NCBI GenBank assembly: GCA_043779265.1
Contig: JAYWEM010000046.1
Span: 1-12,595, forward strand
Length of the DNA: 12,595 nt
Direction: 5' to 3'
Origin: a bacterium
GTDB lineage: Bacteria > Eisenbacteria > RBG-16-71-46
In this document: positions 9,001-12,595 of the stretch, in pieces
Numbering within the stretch: position 1 is the stretch's first letter
Layout: every line of letters starts with the position of its first letter
The notes under the pieces: generated by a model
Databases searched by the model: none
The model's input: the letters and a program-made list of their open reading frames with translations, nothing else
What the model was told of the DNA's origin: nothing
Made by a program: the position numbers and the translations under genes

Positions 9001-9331
9001 AGCTCGCCCCGGGGTCGATCGACTGGCGCAGTCGCCGCGGATCCATCCCCGGGCGTAAAGTCACGCCGAACGGGTGGGATTCCAGACGCGGCAAGCCTGC
9101 CTGGACGAACCGGTTCTCAAGCGCGAGGAGCGAGCTCGATTTCCAGGGCGTCGGCAGGCTGTCGGCAGCAGTCAGAACCGGCTTGGGGCGCCCCGCGAGA
9201 CTAGGGAGCTTGGGCAGGCCCGAGATCTGCGCGATGAGGGCGAGAGCAGGAAGGAGGAGGAGGTGCATGCATGGGCCGCTGCTGGGGAGCGCGGCGGTGC
9301 GCGACGGTAGCGCCGCTGCCCGAACGGACAC
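3005..9331 (-). CDS. sprA: SprA/Sov-family large outer-membrane beta-barrel (type IX secretion system translocon homolog), 2108 aa
   Basis: SprA-like blocks in the expected order: LDMQQDLDIRLEGQLSDRIKV, YRGDEDDIVQSLDLGNTSLSLP...LFGVKL, EGSEAVVVNG...DYTIDYDLGRVTL, VYIDDMEG, DLGEVSED, EDTGLD, PDSEDLN, WRRYRIPI and GQLWFNELR. Many alternating beta-strand segments, an N-terminal hydrophobic signal segment, and C-terminal ...ELRAQFTF ending in Phe. GTG at 9331 has GGGAG 9 nt upstream; alternative start is ATG at 9268. Confidence 0.9.
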   Translation of the reverse strand: MSVRAAALPSRTAALPSSGPCMHLLLLPALALIAQISGLPKLPSLAGRPKPVLTAADSLPTPWKSSSLLALENRFVQAGLPRLESHPFGVTLRPGMDPRRLRQSIDPGASFLLSSVEIGEVRLGGASRTPLEEYPRQAMRRTFRERWIERNRRDLNTLGQHTAARPAGLSLPIPVKLPSRVQSILGPGGPALNVSGSESIRLSGTSNWTNQQTGLLGQRQSLFPSLDMQQDLDIRLEGQLSDRIKVNLLQNSANQIPLANRIAINYRGDEDDIVQSLDLGNTSLSLPGTQYVSYSGKNEGLFGVKLASRVGPLDLTVLASKQEGRSERSSYSGGASKISREYPDYDYIKGQYFFFYDPNDGALYDIDDATVSVYLDDGNYGNDINVLRGKAQVDPDAAFGLPLPTPADTSVRGNFDLLRPGADQQYEILDTIYPFTTYTLKVLRLRQPIQPTSNQILAVSYRATPINPTTGQAIGPPIQVGGRRILAAGADSGATTLKLLRPPRTLQSIGGGDLFDTTAVFFRTRELELKNFYNLDGFGIDPKTFQLAIRRLQSDPPRTTVPFTGGTEVSYIEVLGLDNRDESSGQSLPGHDGIVDGTAPNSRQRAFVDYRNGVLFFPEPRPFAPRLQGADAKPFDQLMNANLDRRVRLVGPPDSLNGRNPGIYDKGILRSTDATYYLMAEFAASRGGGDISLGRSNLLEGSEAVVVNGERWVRDRDYTIDYDLGRVTLRRQLGPTDQLNIDYAFAPLFQQAGRTLVGSAFRLEGREKSLGGAFLYESKGAQDLRPRLGEEPSRTLITDLNSEWRFKPGFLTRIADRLPGVRTTTPSEFNLQAEVGASFPNPNTRNEVYIDDMEGVRDAVSLSLTPERWRPSSVPPVPVLVQQGRAVISEPITSSAGKSKGELQWYVPLNVVKERDLKPTLEDAQGAQNPRQVLAMTIPREPRTRAQGDTLWAGLTYPLDQVGLDLSRSQFIEVWVNDLNDHHDPSAPTNRIRGDRVRLHVDLGEVSEDQMRAPNRPPNGMLDTEDLPPRDNQLVVAGSNNEDTGLDNRLSANESRTDLADLSTVDLGGRNDPEGDDFSNIDQAFREIDPRRYRGTNGTEGNKAVFPIPDSEDLNLNQSLDTQESFFRYTIDLGQGASPYQITDVRTEFPAQVTDVQNGWRRYRIPIADSLRIQFGAPDLTIARHVRVWIDGVQKSDSTAAAVRAPLLMLGGIEIVGSRWQTTPLSAEQSDLLKTTMTLNAVNTIDNAGSYLPPFDPGETRNGNQALSRREQSMALEFTSFGAGDTLEAYRTFSLPENYSRYGVLNWYAAGFDISGYTGPSGADTLLYYFVRFAGDERGSDYYEVKRRVPSNSTPLSIGWEEVRATLTELSNFKLAPDFPVAGNVLYRAALGGAGDSLIIKGRPSFTRLRRISFGLLNQNPDPGGTGGRRYDRGQLWFNELRATEVAKDMGLANRLGVQGRVANLLDYNLTWNQRGAEFLSVGETRGSGNLTQQLAFTSRFDTHRFFEGTGISLPISMVYNDNASRPRFTAGDDVVRTGAQQAQSEQRHISRSLSTSYSRAWGERSNPFLRYTVGGMTANLSRTLTDSRSPQALGRSEIVNGGVSWSIAPRNLLQFPIGVGKTRFFPLPERVYWNYAVNKTTSESFTRATDGSGALLPTNSNSGRAAGLDFGADTRPFDFLSHRIEGRRNLSLNLPDRENDRVGGLNLGLLVSWRQSLNGRLTLNRGAFMRPTMSWNSFYNENRDVLSSDLGTRSIGNGQNATFSMELPFQTSFSKPSPVAPVRAAGDTTPQPRFRRIIRWQDAVARLGNISTDLTVNRSSTYSRVRGNANPLYLLGLAENPGFEDSTRIVREFGNNANTGLDWRANGRTRIPMAFNTAIAARVSYGDRTNSQNAVLSRDRDWRFPDFELDYGKLATVIGLTKFLQNPAIRTAYARSHTVNYQNSRDQARRTSVRHDFRPLLSLRGRFKNGTDADFKLERSSTRSEERFPGNSRQTDSNTDVSFTVSRSYSQGQKVTFLGKTSTVRSNINVQLATSVSRRRAGTLLLDTGGELSPIDETRLSVNGSGSYGFSSNVTGNLALGFSENRDQTKGIIRRSVRVELRAQFTF

Positions 9332-9374
9332 AAGCGGTCGCTCCCGAAGCGTGCGGCCGACTCGGACTGTGGGG

Positions 9375-9380
9375 TAGGCT
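9375..9380 (+). promoter_or_regulatory. Putative -10 element TAGGCT for a leaderless lptF transcript
   Basis: TAnnnT hexamer 6 nt before the lptF GTG at 9387. No clear SD and no convincing -35. Confidence 0.45.
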
Positions 9381-9386
9381 GCCGAC

Positions 9387-10802
9387 GTGCGGATCCTCCC
9401 CTTCTACATCCTGAGACAGCATCTGGTTCCCTTCCTGCTGGGCCTCGGGGTGGTCACGTTCATCCTCATGATGGACGTGGTGTTCGATCACCTGAACCTG
9501 CTCATCAATCAGGGTGTGCCGGCTCTGATCGTGCTCCAACTGTTCGGCCTGGCGCTCGGGTTCATCGTCGCCCTGGCAGTGCCCTGTGCCGTGCTGGTCG
9601 CCACGCTGATGGCCTTTGGCCGCATGTCGCAGGACAACGAGATCACCGCCATGCGGGCCAGCGGCATCCACCTGTTCACGGGGATGATCCCCGCGCTCAT
9701 CGCGGCGCTCGGCCTGGCGGTCGGGTTGACGTTATTCAACAATCGCGTCTACCCGGACATGAACCACTCGTACGCCAACCTGCTCATCGACATCGGTCGC
9801 ATGCGGCCCACCGTGCGGCTCCAGGAAGGCGTCTTCATCGAGGATTTCGCCGGCTACAACCTGCTCGTCCGCTCGGTCAATGGGCAGACCAACGAGTTGC
9901 GGGGCGTCACCATCTACCAGCTCAATCCGGGCGCGCAGCCGACGACGATCCTCGCCGAGCGCGGCTTCCTCTCCTATACGAAGGACGGCCGCACGGCCGT
10001 ACTCGAACTGAGTGATGGCGAGATCCATGAGGTGCCACGCGATGTCGGTGGTGCCAGGCGATACCACCGACTCGTGTTCAAGCAACACACGATCTTCATC
10101 CGCGATGCCGGGGGCATGCTCGAGCGCACCGTCCGGCGCTCGCGTGGCGACCGCGAGAAGAGCGCCAGCACGCTCCTCGATGAGCGCAAGGAAGTGATCG
10201 ATCAGTACACCCACTCGCTCGAGTTGAAGCGCAATCGATTCCAACTCGCGGGGGTGCCCGTCGACGCGCTCACAGCGCTCTCCCCCGAGCGTGCTCCGGT
10301 GATGAAGCGCCTCGGGATGTTCGCGAGCGGCCTGATCCATCGCGGTGACCCGCTCACCGCCCTGCTCGAGCGCCACCCCTCGATGCGGATGGATGGCGAC
10401 CTCTGGCGACTCGAGCGGGACGCCCTGCGGCGGCGGATCGCGGGTCTCTCGGTCGAGATCCACAAGAAGTTCGCGCTGCCCGCAGCGTGCGTGGTCTTCG
10501 TGCTCATCGGCGCGCCCATCGGGATGCGGGTTCGACGCGGTGGGCCGGCGATTGCGTTCGCCTCGATCGGCTTCTTCCTCTTCTACTACCTCTGTCTGGT
10601 GATCGGGGAACAGTTGGCGACGCGGCTCCTGCTTCCGCCGTGGCTCGCCATGTGGCTTGCGAATCTCATTCTCGGCGGACTCGGAGTCGAGCTGACGGCT
10701 CGCGCCTGCGAGATCCACCTGCCCTGGCACGGTCCACGGCGCCGGCAGCCCACGCCTCGCCGCCCCATCATCCGCGACGGGAACTCGGAGGCGGTCGCGT
10801 GA
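9387..10802 (+). CDS. lptF: LPS export ABC transporter permease, LptF/LptG family (LptF-like, 471 aa)
   Basis: MRILPFYILRQHLVPF start, three N-terminal TM helices, coupling helix FGRMSQDNEITAMRASGI, a periplasmic beta-rich region, then VEIHKKFALPAACVVFVLIGAPIG and three C-terminal TM helices ending AMWLANLI. First gene of the tandem permease pair. Confidence 0.92.
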   Translation: MRILPFYILRQHLVPFLLGLGVVTFILMMDVVFDHLNLLINQGVPALIVLQLFGLALGFIVALAVPCAVLVATLMAFGRMSQDNEITAMRASGIHLFTGMIPALIAALGLAVGLTLFNNRVYPDMNHSYANLLIDIGRMRPTVRLQEGVFIEDFAGYNLLVRSVNGQTNELRGVTIYQLNPGAQPTTILAERGFLSYTKDGRTAVLELSDGEIHEVPRDVGGARRYHRLVFKQHTIFIRDAGGMLERTVRRSRGDREKSASTLLDERKEVIDQYTHSLELKRNRFQLAGVPVDALTALSPERAPVMKRLGMFASGLIHRGDPLTALLERHPSMRMDGDLWRLERDALRRRIAGLSVEIHKKFALPAACVVFVLIGAPIGMRVRRGGPAIAFASIGFFLFYYLCLVIGEQLATRLLLPPWLAMWLANLILGGLGVELTARACEIHLPWHGPRRRQPTPRRPIIRDGNSEAVA

Positions 10803-11881
10803 GGATCCACGACCGCTACTTGCTGCGTGAGTTCCTCGGGTATCTGGCGCTCGGGCTACTCGGGTTCATCGTCATCTTCATCGTCGTCGACATCTTCGAG
10901 AAGATGGACGTGTTCCTCGACCACAAGGCGTCGGCCGTGCTCGTGCTCGATTACTATCTGAACCTCACGCCCGACGTCGTGGTCAAGGTGCTGCCAGTGG
11001 CGCTCCTGCTCGCCACGTTCCTGGCACTCGGGCAGCTCAACAAGTTCGGCGAGTTGACCGCGCTGCGAGCTTGCGGGATCAGCATCCTCCGACTGATGGC
11101 ACCGGTCTTCGCGGTCGCCGGGATCTGCGTCGTCGTCTCGTTCGCGCTCAGCGAGCTCGTCGTACCCGGGGCGACCCGCACGCGCAATCAGATCCTCCAG
11201 GAGCGCATCCAGCACATCCAGCGCTCGTCCCACTTGGAACGCGCGGACGTCACCTACCTCGGGGTCGGCGGCCGGATCTGGTACATGCGCCTCTACCTCG
11301 TGCGCGAGGAGCGGATGCACGAGGTGTCCCTCCAGGAGTTCGAGAAGGGCGAACTGGTGCGACGCATCGACGCCAGCGAAGCCACCTGGGACGGGGAGCG
11401 CTGGGTGTTCGCCTCGGGCTTCACGCGGTCGTTCGACGCCGAGGGCCGCGAGACGGCCACGGCGTTCCAGCGGCTCGGCGTCAATGGCCTGGCCGAGCGG
11501 CCACGCGACTTCGCCAAAGAGACGCGAAGCCCCGACGAGATGAACGTGCTCGAGTTGCGCGAGTACGTCGGCCGCCTGCGCAGCAGCGGCGCCCGCGTCG
11601 CCAACTACCTCGTCGACCTGCACATGAAGATCGCCTTCCCGTTCGTCTGCATCGTGCTCGTCATGATCGGTGGCGCACTTGCGACCCGGCTGAGGATGCA
11701 GGGTGCCGCTCTCGGGTTCGGCCTCTCGATCGCGATCGCGTTCCTCTACTACGGATTCCTCCAGGCTGGGAAGGCCTTCGGGCACAGCGGCCTGCTGCCG
11801 CCCTACCTCGCAGCTTGGATGGGCGACATCATCTTCGGCACCATCGGAGTCATCATGATGTGGCGGGCGCAGCAACACTGA
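10799..11881 (+). CDS. lptG: LPS export ABC transporter permease, LptF/LptG family (LptG-like, 360 aa)
   Basis: True start is GTG at 10799 (GTGA overlap with the lptF stop, SD GGAGG at 10787-10791), not the ORF-track 10487. Motifs MRIHDRYLLREFL, LGQLNKFGELTALRACGIS, RIDASEATWDGERW, VDLHMKIAFPF and LPPYLAAWMGDIIF. Confidence 0.92.
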   Translation: MRIHDRYLLREFLGYLALGLLGFIVIFIVVDIFEKMDVFLDHKASAVLVLDYYLNLTPDVVVKVLPVALLLATFLALGQLNKFGELTALRACGISILRLMAPVFAVAGICVVVSFALSELVVPGATRTRNQILQERIQHIQRSSHLERADVTYLGVGGRIWYMRLYLVREERMHEVSLQEFEKGELVRRIDASEATWDGERWVFASGFTRSFDAEGRETATAFQRLGVNGLAERPRDFAKETRSPDEMNVLELREYVGRLRSSGARVANYLVDLHMKIAFPFVCIVLVMIGGALATRLRMQGAALGFGLSIAIAFLYYGFLQAGKAFGHSGLLPPYLAAWMGDIIFGTIGVIMMWRAQQH

Positions 11882-12593
11882 CTCGGCCGTCGCGGTCCAG
11901 TTGATGCGCGACGCCCAGAGCATCGAGCTCACCGCAGAAAGCGACATCCGCCGCGAACTCGGGTGCCAAGTCTCGCAGGTAGCGCCCGTGATCCGACCCT
12001 TCGACGCTCGCCCGCACCTCCTGCGCATCGCGTGGCGCGATCGCGACCGCCAACTCCGCAGCCGTGCCCTCGCACCTCCACCCCACCTGCCGGAGCCGCA
12101 CGGTGAGCCAGCCCGCGAGCGCCGCATCCTCGAGCGCGAACTCGCCGAGCTTGCCCGCGGCGATGATCCAGATGTCAGCGGCATCGCCCAGCGCCCGAAG
12201 CACCGCAGAGGCATTGGTGAACGCGGCCGGCACTCTCGCCCGGCAGCCCGAGGCGGCGCGCAGTGCCCGCGAACCATTGGTCGAGGCGAACGCCAGCGTG
12301 CGCGACGCCACTCGCTCGCGCGCGTACTCGGAGGGCGAGTTCCCGAGATCGAACCCTTCGATGACGCGGCCCTCTCGCTCGCCGCACACGAGCACGTTCG
12401 CCTCGCGTTGACGATAGGCCAGCGCGGCGGACGGGTCCTCGAAGGCCACCACACGCGCCGCGCCGTTCGCACAGGCCGCGCTGATCGTCGACGTGGCACG
12501 CAGGACATCGATGACCACCGCGGTCGTCTGTGGCCGCGCGGGGATCGTACCGCGCGGCGGCACGAGCGAGACGCGCAGCGAACCCGCGGTCAT
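11853..12593 (-). CDS. comB: 2-phosphosulfolactate phosphatase (ComB) family protein
   Basis: Family motifs AVVIDVLRATSTI, GEREG..IEGFDLGNSP, STNGSRAL and AGKLGEFALED. The start ATG is 2 nt from the window edge, so it cannot be verified. The 3' end overlaps the lptG 3' end by 29 bp. Confidence 0.9.
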   Translation of the reverse strand: MTAGSLRVSLVPPRGTIPARPQTTAVVIDVLRATSTISAACANGAARVVAFEDPSAALAYRQREANVLVCGEREGRVIEGFDLGNSPSEYARERVASRTLAFASTNGSRALRAASGCRARVPAAFTNASAVLRALGDAADIWIIAAGKLGEFALEDAALAGWLTVRLRQVGWRCEGTAAELAVAIAPRDAQEVRASVEGSDHGRYLRDLAPEFAADVAFCGELDALGVAHQLDRDGRVSVAAPATS

Positions 12594-12595
12594 GG

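Noticed and set aside
3464..9058. Long plus-strand ORFs inside sprA (3464-4939, 5777-6751, 7559-9058)
   Set aside because: All are antisense to a well-supported gene, have no recognisable domains and are typical GC-rich shadow ORFs.
3005..9331. Gliding motility inferred from sprA
   Set aside because: No gld motor, sprB-like adhesin or other motility gene is visible; SprA alone indicates a translocon, not motility.
10487..10798. 104-aa N-terminal extension of LptG in the ORF track
   Set aside because: It lies within lptF in another frame; GTG at 10799 has a GGAGG SD, a GTGA coupling overlap and the canonical family N-terminus.
10856..12508. 550-aa minus-strand ORF spanning comB and lptG
   Set aside because: Alternative frame of comB joined to the antisense of lptG; Arg/Ser-rich, non-protein-like composition.
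11853..12593. Coenzyme M biosynthesis or methanogen-related metabolism inferred from comB
   Set aside because: No other com gene is in the window, and stand-alone ComB homologs are common in bacteria.
1..12595. CRISPR array, tRNA/rRNA, IS element, prophage or defence system
   Set aside because: The window is almost entirely covered by seven recognisable CDSs. Intergenic gaps are at most 174 bp and show no repeat-spacer pattern, cloverleaf or terminal inverted repeats by eye.

Overview
GC-rich (about 65-70% by eye), fully coding chromosomal window from a diderm bacterium. The gene content suggests an FCB-group or related lineage outside the well-studied Bacteroidota, which is inference only. 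Minus strand, right to left: a 2108-aa SprA/Sov-family outer-membrane protein (type IX secretion translocon), followed after 15 bp by an M28-fold lipoprotein resembling bacterial type II glutaminyl cyclase. Next come a promoter and leader hairpin, then rimP and nusA (nusA runs off the left edge and is missing from the ORF track). Divergent from sprA across 55 bp is the coupled lptF-lptG pair, which meets a convergent comB-family phosphatase gene. No mobile elements, CRISPR arrays, tRNAs or rRNAs were seen. The most notable feature is the sprA-glutaminyl cyclase operon back-to-back with lptFG, with no other T9SS gene in the window.
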